A stretch of 45,771 bases of DNA from assembly GCA_000960865.2 (NCBI GenBank), contig JZWU02000011.1:1-45771 (forward strand). The letters run 5' to 3'. Positions 27,682 to 37,114 of this stretch are shown piece after piece. The DNA is from Vulcanisaeta sp. AZ3. Its GTDB lineage: Archaea; Thermoproteota; Thermoprotei; Thermoproteales; Thermocladiaceae. The notes beneath the pieces were generated by a model that was given only the letters and a program-made list of their open reading frames with translations, did not search any database and was not told where the DNA came from. The stretch's first letter is position 1. Every line of letters begins with the position of its first letter. The position numbers were made by a program, and so were the translations under genes.

Positions 27682-28557
27682 GTGAACCATCAATTGATGT
27701 ATGTGGTGATTAGAGATTACTTACTCCTCATGAAGCCCAGGGTCATTTGGTTGCTGGTACTTGCTGCAATAGCTGGTTATGTATTTGCCGCAGCACCTAG
27801 GATAAGCATTGTCAAGGTCATTGAATTAACAATAGTTGGTCTACTTAGTACTGGTGGTTCTGCTGCCTTTAACATGTACTATGAGAGAGATATCGATGCG
27901 TTAATGATCAGAACCAGAGATAGACCAATACCCTCCGGCCGCGTTAGCCCTGGTAATGCCCTCATAGAATCATTAGTACTCTCAACTCTTAGCTTTGTAC
28001 TGTCTTACCTATTGCTTGGGCTTTGGCCTACTCTCTTTGTGGTAATTGGCTGGATCTTATACGCGATTGGTTACACGGTGCTGCTTAAGTGCAGGAGTTG
28101 GACTAACATACTTATCGGCGGTATTGCTGGTAATGCCGCACTACTGGCTGGTTGGACACTGGCTAGGCCTCTTGACATTGAGGCATTCCTACTGTCCATG
28201 GCTATTTACCTATGGATACCAGCCCACATATGGAGTTTAGTCATAAGAGCAAAGAGTGATTATGCAAATACATGCGTTAAAATGCTACCACTACAGATGA
28301 GGGAGGATAGAGCCATGGCTCTGGTCTCTGCACTCAACGTTATATCTAACATATACATGTTAATCCTCTACCTATACTTCCTAAGGAATCTGGTGGGCTT
28401 GATAATATTATTAGCAGCAGCCCTATGGAGTACTTACTTTAGTGTTAAGGCAATACTGAGACCAAGTAGAGAGGTATTTTGGCAGATGTTTAAGGCAAGC
28501 TCCCCAGTCCTCACAATATTCCTAGTCTTAGGTATGATATTCTCACTTATCAAATGA
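27682..28557 (+). CDS. ctaB: Protoheme IX farnesyltransferase (heme o synthase)
   Basis: KPRV, NMYYERDIDALMIRTRDRPIPSG, YTVLLK, WIPAHIWSL; multiple TM helices. Confidence 0.93.
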   Translation: MNHQLMYVVIRDYLLLMKPRVIWLLVLAAIAGYVFAAAPRISIVKVIELTIVGLLSTGGSAAFNMYYERDIDALMIRTRDRPIPSGRVSPGNALIESLVLSTLSFVLSYLLLGLWPTLFVVIGWILYAIGYTVLLKCRSWTNILIGGIAGNAALLAGWTLARPLDIEAFLLSMAIYLWIPAHIWSLVIRAKSDYANTCVKMLPLQMREDRAMALVSALNVISNIYMLILYLYFLRNLVGLIILLAAALWSTYFSVKAILRPSREVFWQMFKASSPVLTIFLVLGMIFSLIK

Positions 28558-29704
28558 GGAATTTATTAAGACCGCCAAGACTCCTAAGGAGCATGCTATG
28601 GGAAGTCCAGAGGCTACCTGTTAAAAGTTTATTATTAAGGTAATTAATTGCCTCATCAACACTTGAGAATTTAACCATATTAATGCCCATACCATTCCTA
28701 ACAGCCTCTCTAGCCTGCCAAATACCGACAGGTATAGTATACTCAGGCGTCACCTCCCTAATTGCTATGGCCGTAGCCCGTCTACGAATCCTCTCAAGAT
28801 ATTCGAGAATACCAAGTCTAACTGCATAGAATGCACCACCAGTCTCCTCGGCATAGCTACTCATCCCCTTAACACCTTCCCTATCAATAAAGACCCTCGG
28901 TGAATTCCCATGTCTATTCCACAGGGATCCTGGCATTTTCAATTCTATTAATTCATACATCCAGGGACCCGGTATTAGGAGGACAAAGTACCTATTACCC
29001 ATATACTCCATCATGTGAACCTCAACATCACTAACCTCCCCATAACCCCTAACCTTATCCCTAAGGTAATCACCAATTATTGAGTCAACAGCAGTTATAG
29101 ACCAACGTGTAGGCACCAATCTCCTATCACTACCCAGAAGACCTACGGAAAATATCCTCTGAATCCTAGAGATGAGTATACCAGCTCTGTAAAGTTCTAT
29201 AACCGCGGTCTTAGCATTAACATGAAAATCATTAACTAACCTCTCCACAATCCTCTCAGCACTCACATTAGACGTTAACCTAAGACTCTCAACCTCACCA
29301 ACGCCACCAATTGGCGCGTGATAATCATCAGCGAGAAACCTAAGCATTGATCTCCTAAACCTAACCTCCACATCAACTGGCTTATGCCCTATACTCAACT
29401 CCTGAATCCTATCAATTACTGGATTATTTAACGACTTAACCGATACCCTGGTTCTCGCCAAAACCATATTAAGCCTAAACCTAAGAACATCAAGCTGCGT
29501 GAAGTCTCTTCTAAACCACTCCTCAGGACTATCTAAGGCATTAGAACCATCGTCACTCACTAATGCACCTACATTAATATTTGGATAATTATACGAACCA
29601 ACAAAATTACCAGGAGGAGACAAACCACTAAATTCACCTTTGACACCACTCCAGAGCCTAAACTCCCGCCAAAACTCTGGGGGTAAATCCTTAAACCTAA
29701 CCAT
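28550..29704 (-). CDS. Nre-family DNA repair protein (DUF650/DUF651)
   Basis: SPP..FVG...YP, RRLVPTRWSITAVD, GGAFYAVRL, REVTPEY..PVGIW motifs. Confidence 0.9.
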   Translation of the reverse strand: MVRFKDLPPEFWREFRLWSGVKGEFSGLSPPGNFVGSYNYPNINVGALVSDDGSNALDSPEEWFRRDFTQLDVLRFRLNMVLARTRVSVKSLNNPVIDRIQELSIGHKPVDVEVRFRRSMLRFLADDYHAPIGGVGEVESLRLTSNVSAERIVERLVNDFHVNAKTAVIELYRAGILISRIQRIFSVGLLGSDRRLVPTRWSITAVDSIIGDYLRDKVRGYGEVSDVEVHMMEYMGNRYFVLLIPGPWMYELIELKMPGSLWNRHGNSPRVFIDREGVKGMSSYAEETGGAFYAVRLGILEYLERIRRRATAIAIREVTPEYTIPVGIWQAREAVRNGMGINMVKFSSVDEAINYLNNKLLTGSLWTSHSMLLRSLGGLNKFLI

Positions 29705-30000
29705 GTCTCTAAATACCCTACCGAGGTAGGCTTAATATAACTAATGACTTCCTTATCCTAGTTCTATTTCGTTAGAATGCTGAGACTACGAGGAAGAATT
29801 AGATGAGAGGTAATATTGGAGGTTGAGATTATTGATTCATGCTTGATCTTATTCGATATGATTATATTAAAATGTATACATATTTAAATAATTATATGAA
29901 AATATATACATCTAACTAGATTTTTAAATCATTATTAATAATGTATTTTCTGCACTTAGACAAAGCAATATATTAAGTTAGTCATGGTAATTCCTGGTGG

Positions 30001-30666
30001 TTGAGAATGCCGGGTCTCTTCATGGATCCGCTGGATATGTGGTTAATGGTACTTGGGATAACTCTAATAACTGCCGCATATGGCGTTTTTGAGAACTTTG
30101 TTAAAAGACCGAGTTCAGCGGCAACTAATGGTTCAGGTACGGCAATTGAACAAAGACAGCAAGTAGTGCTGGATGTGAATAAGCACTTAAGCCTATTTTT
30201 TATTGCTGTCGGCATTTATGCCTTAGCGACTGGTGTTTGGGCTGCGGCTACCTGGCCTTTCCCTGGTCCGTATAATATTGTGTTTTCTGATGCTTGGCCT
30301 ATATTCGGACTTGTTACTCTGATGCTTGGTTTAGCTATGTATGTTGGTGTTGATTTAAGGTATTTATCTTTACCAATACTTCTCTTTGGCATACCAGTAA
30401 TAGTTTATGGTATTGACATACTAGTCCACGGACTAACTACTGAACCTCTCTTTGCTAGTGCCATGTATTTATTGCTTGGTATTGCTATGGTGATAAGTCC
30501 TGGTGCCATGGTGCCTAGGGGTAATATAGGTAGGTATGTGGGTATTTTGGTAATGATTCTCTTGATATTGTCGGGTATACTTGCATTCTTCATAGGTGTG
30601 AGCGCCACTTTCGAGCATACAGTTATTTGGGCTAAGTGGGCTCCTTGGTATGGTGTCTCTGGCTAG
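30001..30666 (+). CDS. DUF981-like integral membrane protein
   Basis: LFMDPL N-terminus, TWPFPGPYNIVFSD, GLTTEP; about 6 TM helices. Confidence 0.75.
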   Translation: MRMPGLFMDPLDMWLMVLGITLITAAYGVFENFVKRPSSAATNGSGTAIEQRQQVVLDVNKHLSLFFIAVGIYALATGVWAAATWPFPGPYNIVFSDAWPIFGLVTLMLGLAMYVGVDLRYLSLPILLFGIPVIVYGIDILVHGLTTEPLFASAMYLLLGIAMVISPGAMVPRGNIGRYVGILVMILLILSGILAFFIGVSATFEHTVIWAKWAPWYGVSG

Positions 30667-30719
30667 GGATTTATTGATTGTTAATGATTATTTAAAAATC
30701 ACTTGTTTCTTCCTTAATT

Positions 30720-30774
30720 TTAATGAGGAGGTGGGCTGCTGTCTGAGTTGTGATGATTGGGAAGAGTCCTGATT
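30720..30774 (+). ncRNA. Box C/D double-guide sRNA, probably targeting 23S rRNA domain V
   Basis: ATGAGGA (C, 30723) - GGTGGGCTGCTGT - CTGA (D', 30743) - GTGATGA (C', 30750) - TTGGGAAGAGTC - CTGA (D, 30769); own TATA TTTAAAAA at 30691-30698. Confidence 0.88.
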
Positions 30775-32640
30775 TAGATTATTATGGTTGATGGCCTCAT
30801 GCTTAAGTATCTGGGCATTGTAAGGGGCCTTCTTGGGTATCCTTTGACTTCCTCTTCCACCTTATTAATTAGATCCTCAATGCCCATCTCAATGGCTTTC
30901 TGTGACCCCCTAACCTAATGCTTAAACTCCTGACTTAGCTTCTTTCTCACCAATGACTACTATATAGGGTACCCAGTAGACCTCGGCATCTCTAATCCTC
31001 TTGGATAGGGTTTCGTTGAATCTATCATCAATGTCAACCCTAATCATCCTCTCTTCAAGCTTTGAGGCGATTTCATTAGCGATGGCCAAGTGCTCCTTGC
31101 CTATTGGTATTATCCTGACTTGTATTGGTACTACCCATGTTGGTAATCTTGGAATTTCACCTCTTGATTCCATAATTGCTGCTGTATCGAGTAATGCATA
31201 TATGTACCTTTCAACACTACCGAGTATTGCTGTGTGTATTATGACCGGGTATCTGAGTTCGCCATTCTCATCCCTATACTTAATTCCGAATCTCTGGGCG
31301 TTACCAATATCGAATTGGAATGTAGCTATCTCTCTTGGTCTCCTTAGCTCATCAACTATGTGGAATTCCACATTAAGAACCCAGTAATACTTTTGCTCAG
31401 GCAGTACTCTGACTAGTATTGGCTTGCCCTCACGCTTAGCTAGTTCTATTAGGTAATCCTTATGCTCGTTGTAGAATTGCTTAGTTACATTGTATAGACT
31501 TACATAGTCTCTGCCTAACTTCCTAATCTCTCTGAATATTATCTCGTGGAGTTTTAAGGCTACTTCCATGGCATTCCCAAGATCCTTTGTGAATATATGC
31601 AGGTCAGGCATGTAGAATCTCCTGAGCCTAAAGCATAGTACTGTCTCGCCGGGCTGCTCGTACCTATAACTATCGGCTATCTCAAGCATACCTATTGGTA
31701 CATCCCTATAGCTTAAGACCCAGTCCTTTATCATAGCGAATTGCTGGAAGCATGCTGCATACCTCATAATTAACTCCTCATTATCACTCTCCATCGTGTA
31801 CATCCTCTCATTAAATAACTTGGCATGCTCATCAATCGCCCTCTCACCACGTCTAAACATATTAGTACCCCTAATCTTAAATACAGGAATCCCCAACTCA
31901 TTGGCTAGTTTCCAGACGTAGTCCTCGACGAGTTCCATCATTAACGTGGCTGCAGGCCCATACCTCATATGACCAACGTCACTCATAGATTCCCACTCAA
32001 AGCCGAACTTACGACAGTAATCAATATACCTCGGCTTTCCACCACCCTCAAGCTCTCTCTTCATGACCTCCTTCTCAACCAATGCCTTGAGGTCATCCTC
32101 ATTGGACTTGAATTGATACTTCACCGCCTCATACTCCTCACCACTGGGTGTGAGTATTACATAGTAATCTCCAGCAACAGTCTGCTGAGCCTTAATGACT
32201 TGGGCCGTTTCCATATCTGGGTTTAATGATTTACTAAGTTCTGAGAGCGGGTGGCCATAGCACTTTATGTCAAAGGCCTTGTAGTAACCGAAGGGTGCCC
32301 TTGAGACTGGTACTGGTGACTTTCCCTTGAGTGCATTATATACGGCTAGCAGTACTTGCATCGCCTTGCTTGGCCCTGCTAAATTTGGGCTTAGGTGCGC
32401 ATATGGGTATAGTACTATTTGTGACGCCTTGACCCTATTTACTACATCCAGTATTTGATCTGCTACGTAGTTCATGTAGTTTGGATCATCGTTATCATTA
32501 TCCTCAACACTCATGAAAACAACCAACGCATTCTTAGCAGAGCCTCTCTCTAACTCAGGCGTTAATGGTTCTGGATTCTCCACAGCCTTCTCCCTAACTT
32601 GGTATGAGAAGTCCTCTGCGTGTATGAATAATAGTCTCAT
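30774..32640 (-). CDS. thrS: Threonyl-tRNA synthetase with archaeal N-terminal editing domain; apparent frameshift near 30913-30926 (ORF track stops at 30922)
   Basis: MRLLFIHA, YPYAHLS, CYGHPLSELS, RYAACFQQF, IIHTAILGSVER. The anticodon-domain tail (RGSQKAIEMGIEDLINKVEEEVKGYPRRPLTMPRYLSMRPSTIII*) continues in another frame to TAA at 30774. Confidence 0.95.
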
Positions 32641-32696
32641 TAATTACGGGGTGGCAGTACCAGTATTAATTTATTTAGTTAAAACATGTGTAAGGA

Positions 32697-33872
32697 TTAA
32701 TCCCTCCATGAGACTCTGGGTTTGAATAATGTTTCTATTCTCTTAATTCTTTCTTTGTGTGGTGCTAGGTCTTTGAGTATTGTTGTTATTTCATCCTCCA
32801 TAGTCCTCGTTAACCCATAAATGCCTAATCTAGCCAAGATCTTCCTCTCCGGCTCGTAGGGTAGATCAGCCTCCGGCTCAACCCTCGGATTAGGTATGTG
32901 CGTAACCTCCGGTTCATAACCGAGTAATTGCCTCGCTGCCTTTTTAACGAGCTCAGCCATCTCATTCAAAGTCCTTATCTCCCTATAATGATGGACAGTC
33001 CTAAATCCGCCATCCTCCGGTGGATTCTCTATAAGAGCCGTCAGGGCCCTAATCGTATCTTCAAGTGATGTGAAACCCTTCCTCTGAAGTCCTGAACCAT
33101 ATATTGTTAGTGGATGACCAACAACGGCTTCTGCGCAGAATCTATTTATTACAGTTCCCCACACATCATCAACGTCGAACCTGGTGTATAAGCCCTCACT
33201 AACAATATCACTAGTCCTAGTTCCATAGACAGGGCCTTGATGGAAGTCAGTAATTGTTAAACCCCACAACTTATTTGCATATAGTAGTATGTATGAGTCG
33301 AAGACTTTACTCCAGTGATACCAGGAGCCGGCCCATCTAGGCACCACAATCCTATCTCTAACCCCCTCAATCACGGCATCTACAAAGGCATCCTCAGGAA
33401 GCTTGAAGGCTGGGTAGCCGAATTCACCGAGCGTACCCATTTTTAGAATGTGAGTATTCTTCTTAAGCTCTTTAACTGCGTATATTACGTTTAGGGTTGA
33501 TGTTAGGTTATTAATGATTGTGTATTTTGCATGATCAACATTAATCATTGAATAAGGAGCAGACCTCTGTTCAGCAAAATGAACAATCGTGTCTGGCTTG
33601 TACTTATCAATGATTTTCTTAATGAGTTCGTAATTTGTTACATCACCCTCAATAAACTCAATCCTAGCCCCAAAAACCTCCTCAACAGTCCTAACTCTAT
33701 CCTCCATTGAGAGTATTGGTAGGGCTGAATCAGAACCAACTTCAGCCACAGCCCTCCTCGTATAGAAATTATCCACACCAACAACCTCATGACCCCTCCT
33801 AATCAACCTAAGAGCCAATGCCCAACCCAAATAACCATCAACACCCAAAACCAAAACCCTCATATAAACCAA
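32697..33872 (-). CDS. UDP-sulfoquinovose synthase (SqdB/Agl3 family)
   Basis: GVDGYLGW, HFAEQRSAPYSMI, KMGTLGEFG, SWYHWSK, QGPVYG, NPRVE. Confidence 0.88.
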   Translation of the reverse strand: MVYMRVLVLGVDGYLGWALALRLIRRGHEVVGVDNFYTRRAVAEVGSDSALPILSMEDRVRTVEEVFGARIEFIEGDVTNYELIKKIIDKYKPDTIVHFAEQRSAPYSMINVDHAKYTIINNLTSTLNVIYAVKELKKNTHILKMGTLGEFGYPAFKLPEDAFVDAVIEGVRDRIVVPRWAGSWYHWSKVFDSYILLYANKLWGLTITDFHQGPVYGTRTSDIVSEGLYTRFDVDDVWGTVINRFCAEAVVGHPLTIYGSGLQRKGFTSLEDTIRALTALIENPPEDGGFRTVHHYREIRTLNEMAELVKKAARQLLGYEPEVTHIPNPRVEPEADLPYEPERKILARLGIYGLTRTMEDEITTILKDLAPHKERIKRIETLFKPRVSWRD

Positions 33873-33967
33873 TATGACGAAGCCATTAAGTTATTAAATT
33901 TATTACCATCCGAGGAATTATTGCGCACTATTTAAAAGGGGGTATTATTTATTGAGAAATCGAGGTA

Positions 33968-34684
33968 ATGCTTAATATAGTACCAACACATATAGGCGTT
34001 ATACCTGATGGAAATAGGAGGTGGGCTAGGAAGATGGGATTATCAATATTCGATGCCTATAGGGTTGGTGCTGATAAAGTTGAGGAATTCCTTGATTGGA
34101 CCCTTGATTTTGGGATTAAGGTTGTGACTGTTTACGTGTTATCTACGGAGAACTTCATGAAGAGATCTAGAGCCGAATTGAATCTTTTGTATGGATTGCT
34201 TAAGGAGAGGCTGGTGAAGATTAGGAGGGATGAGAGGATCCATAGAAATAGGATTAGGGTTAGAGTGATTGGGAGGACGTGGTTGCTCCCCGAGGATTTA
34301 CGTAAGGAGGTGGAGCTTACGGAGACGGCCACTGCTGAATACTCTAACCATTACCTAAATCTGGCTGTGATTTATGGTGGTAGGCAGGAATTAATTGATG
34401 CAATTAAGAAGCTATTGATTGATTATGGCGGTGGGAAGTTAAGTGTTGATGATATTAATGAGGAGACGCTATTTAAGTATCTCTACTTGAGTGATGAACC
34501 AAATCCTGAACCTGATCTTGTAATTAGGACTGGTGGAGAGTATAGATTAAGTAATTTTCTTGTGTATGAGATGGCATACTCAGAATTATACATACTGAAT
34601 AAATACTGGCCTGAGATAACAAAGGATGACTTGAAAAATGCACTAAATGAGTATGCAAAGAGAGAAAGGAGATTTGGCATATAG
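33968..34684 (+). CDS. uppS: cis-prenyltransferase (undecaprenyl/dolichyl diphosphate synthase)
   Basis: IPDGNRRWA, STENF, YGGRQE, IRTGGEYRLSNF, RRFG. Confidence 0.96.
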   Translation: MLNIVPTHIGVIPDGNRRWARKMGLSIFDAYRVGADKVEEFLDWTLDFGIKVVTVYVLSTENFMKRSRAELNLLYGLLKERLVKIRRDERIHRNRIRVRVIGRTWLLPEDLRKEVELTETATAEYSNHYLNLAVIYGGRQELIDAIKKLLIDYGGGKLSVDDINEETLFKYLYLSDEPNPEPDLVIRTGGEYRLSNFLVYEMAYSELYILNKYWPEITKDDLKNALNEYAKRERRFGI

Positions 34685-34714
34685 CGAGAGAGGATAATGA
34701 GACCGTCTCTCATC

Positions 34715-35620
34715 TTACTTCAGTAGTGATAATATGTTTACTACGGGTATGGCGCCATCTTCCGTTATTATGAATGTATCCTCAACCTGGGCCACCAAAC
34801 CCCTACCATGTTCGATGAGTACTGGATACCCATAAACATAACCTTTATCGCTTAACTCATTTATTAAGTCGCCAACGCCATCACCAAACCTTTGAACTAA
34901 CCATCTAGGTGTGAAGGGTAGGGGTCCAATCTCATTATTTATGTATGATAGCACATCGTAATGCGGATCTTTAACCCTTGGACTCTTTAGTAATCGATAT
35001 ATGGTAACTCGAGGATCATCATCTACATAACCTGCCCCATTTGTTGAGAATGGTTCAACAGCATAGACCTCACCATTAAGGATCTTCTGTCTATCCCCAT
35101 TATCATAATTAGGTATTGACTTACCAGCATGTAACTCATACTTCTTTATTAAATGTCCACTTAGGTTTTCAATTGGTTTAAAGCCGAAGGACTTTATTGC
35201 TCTCTCTATCTGGACGCCTACAGATGATACTGTAATGCCCGGTTTCATGGTTAATTGAGCCGCTTCGAGGGCCTTAGCCGCAGCCTTTATTAACTGATTA
35301 TATAATGGGTTGAATGATACTGTAATTGCTGTATCAACTATGTAACCGTCAATGTGAGCCCCAAGGTCTATCTTGACAAGCGAACCCCTCGGTATAATGG
35401 ACTTATCCCCTACGGTCGCTGTATAGTGCGCAGCAACCTCATTAATACTTACATTAACTGGGAATGCTGGCTTGGCACCACCCTGCCTAATCCTATTTTC
35501 TACCTTCTCGCATAATTCAATTATCGGCATCCCTGGCTCCACTATTGATAAGGCGTAATTCAAGGTATCCCTGGCAATGTTACCAAGCCTCTCATAAATC
35601 TTAATTAGGTCTGTTGACAT
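34715..35620 (-). CDS. map: Methionine aminopeptidase type II
   Basis: AFPVN, AAHYT, KIDLGAHIDGYIVDTA, GH, LHAG, VEPF, EDT. Confidence 0.96.
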   Translation of the reverse strand: MSTDLIKIYERLGNIARDTLNYALSIVEPGMPIIELCEKVENRIRQGGAKPAFPVNVSINEVAAHYTATVGDKSIIPRGSLVKIDLGAHIDGYIVDTAITVSFNPLYNQLIKAAAKALEAAQLTMKPGITVSSVGVQIERAIKSFGFKPIENLSGHLIKKYELHAGKSIPNYDNGDRQKILNGEVYAVEPFSTNGAGYVDDDPRVTIYRLLKSPRVKDPHYDVLSYINNEIGPLPFTPRWLVQRFGDGVGDLINELSDKGYVYGYPVLIEHGRGLVAQVEDTFIITEDGAIPVVNILSLLK

Positions 35621-35734
35621 CCATGTTATTTGGAGCTCAGTGAATTTAAATAAGCTTGCTCTTTGATCTCTCTAAGGGTTTCGTAAGGGAAACTATTTTA
35701 ACTTAGTTATTCATGAATTGTGCTGGTGACATGA

Positions 35735-37093
35735 ATGGGAGCCTTAACCATAGTTGCTAAGTATTTAATTGTTGCGAATGTGGAGGTTCAGGGTAATGTG
35801 GAGAAGTACGACGTAATTGGTGCATTATTTAGCCAAACAGAGGGCTTATTGGGCAATGAACTTGACCTGAGGGAAATGCAGATAAATGGTAGGATTGGTA
35901 GGATAGAGATTGAGGCTGAGTATAAGGGAGATAGGACTGTTGGTAGAGTTTACATACCATCAAATTTGGATAGGTACGAGACAGCCCTGGTTGCCGCTAT
36001 GATAGAGACTGTTGATAAGGTGGGTCCTTACAACGCTAAGGTACAAGTCGTGGAAATTAGAGATTTAAGGGAGGAGAAAAGAAAAAAGATCTTCGATAGA
36101 GCCAAGGAACTGCTTAAGATAGTCGAACATGAGACACTACCTGACACTAAGGAATTAATCACGAAATTCATGGAAAGCATTAGGGAGGCCGAGGTCATTG
36201 AGTACGGGCCTGAGAAATTACCGGCAGGGCCTGAGGTTGAGACTGCAGATACGGTAATAATAGTTGAGGGCAGAGCTGACGTACTCAATTTAGTTAAGCA
36301 TGGATTTAGAAATGTAATTGGACTTGGTGGTTCAAGCGGTGGTATTCCGAAGACTGTGATTGACCTTAGTAAGAAGAAGACTACGATAGCCTTTGTTGAT
36401 GGCGATAGAGGCGGTGAAATGCTACTTAGGGAGCTGTTAAAGTATGTGGATATTGATTATGTAGCCAGAGCGCCACCTGGCAAGGAGGTCGAGCAATTAA
36501 CAGCTAAGGAAATAACTAAGGCATTGAGGAACAAGATACCTGCTGAGGAGTACCTAGCAAGTCTTGAGAAGAAGGAGAGAAAAATAATTGAGGAGGCGAG
36601 ACAGGCACAGCAGGAAGTACCACAGGCTCAGGCCATTGAGGTTCCCGTAGAGAGACAACAGCCGGAGACAACGCAACCAGTGCAAGTCATACCACAACCA
36701 ACACCACAAACCCAAACCACATCCCCGACCCAAAGCACCACAATAACGCAAATGCCAGTACAAAGCCAGACTGTTGAGTTACCCCAGTTACCTCAGAACG
36801 TGATTGAAGAAATGAAGAAGCTAGGCGGGACCCTCGAGGCTGTGATTTACGATGAACATTGGACTGAGATCAAGAGAGTGCCTGTTAGGGACCTTGTCGA
36901 TACATTGCAACAACTGCCCAATGCCTACGCGGTGGTGTTTGATGGAGTTTGTACGCAACGTCTCGTTGATGTGGCCTCAGGCAAGGGTATTAAGTTATTG
37001 CTCATGTCGAGGATGGGCAATATAACTAAGGTGCCTACTGACATGTTAATATTAACAATAGATGAATACTTAAGTAAGGTCAGTAATAAGTGA
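35735..37093 (+). CDS. dnaG: Archaeal DnaG-like primase (exosome-associated)
   Basis: GALFSQTEGLLG, TOPRIM motifs IVEGRADV and DGDRGG, KEVE; Q/T/P-rich linker; C-terminal VFDG..TQRL. Confidence 0.95.
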   Translation: MGALTIVAKYLIVANVEVQGNVEKYDVIGALFSQTEGLLGNELDLREMQINGRIGRIEIEAEYKGDRTVGRVYIPSNLDRYETALVAAMIETVDKVGPYNAKVQVVEIRDLREEKRKKIFDRAKELLKIVEHETLPDTKELITKFMESIREAEVIEYGPEKLPAGPEVETADTVIIVEGRADVLNLVKHGFRNVIGLGGSSGGIPKTVIDLSKKKTTIAFVDGDRGGEMLLRELLKYVDIDYVARAPPGKEVEQLTAKEITKALRNKIPAEEYLASLEKKERKIIEEARQAQQEVPQAQAIEVPVERQQPETTQPVQVIPQPTPQTQTTSPTQSTTITQMPVQSQTVELPQLPQNVIEEMKKLGGTLEAVIYDEHWTEIKRVPVRDLVDTLQQLPNAYAVVFDGVCTQRLVDVASGKGIKLLLMSRMGNITKVPTDMLILTIDEYLSKVSNK

Positions 37094-37114
37094 TTTATCG
37101 ATTTTAATTTAAAA

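Noticed and set aside
30910-30930. Programmed frameshift in thrS
   Set aside because: Two separate homopolymer losses restore the natural sequence and no slippery heptamer is evident; sequencing error is more parsimonious.
34696-34714. Short inverted repeat ATGAGA-ccgtc-TCTCAT between convergent uppS and map
   Set aside because: Only a 6-bp stem, and archaeal termination does not generally need hairpins.
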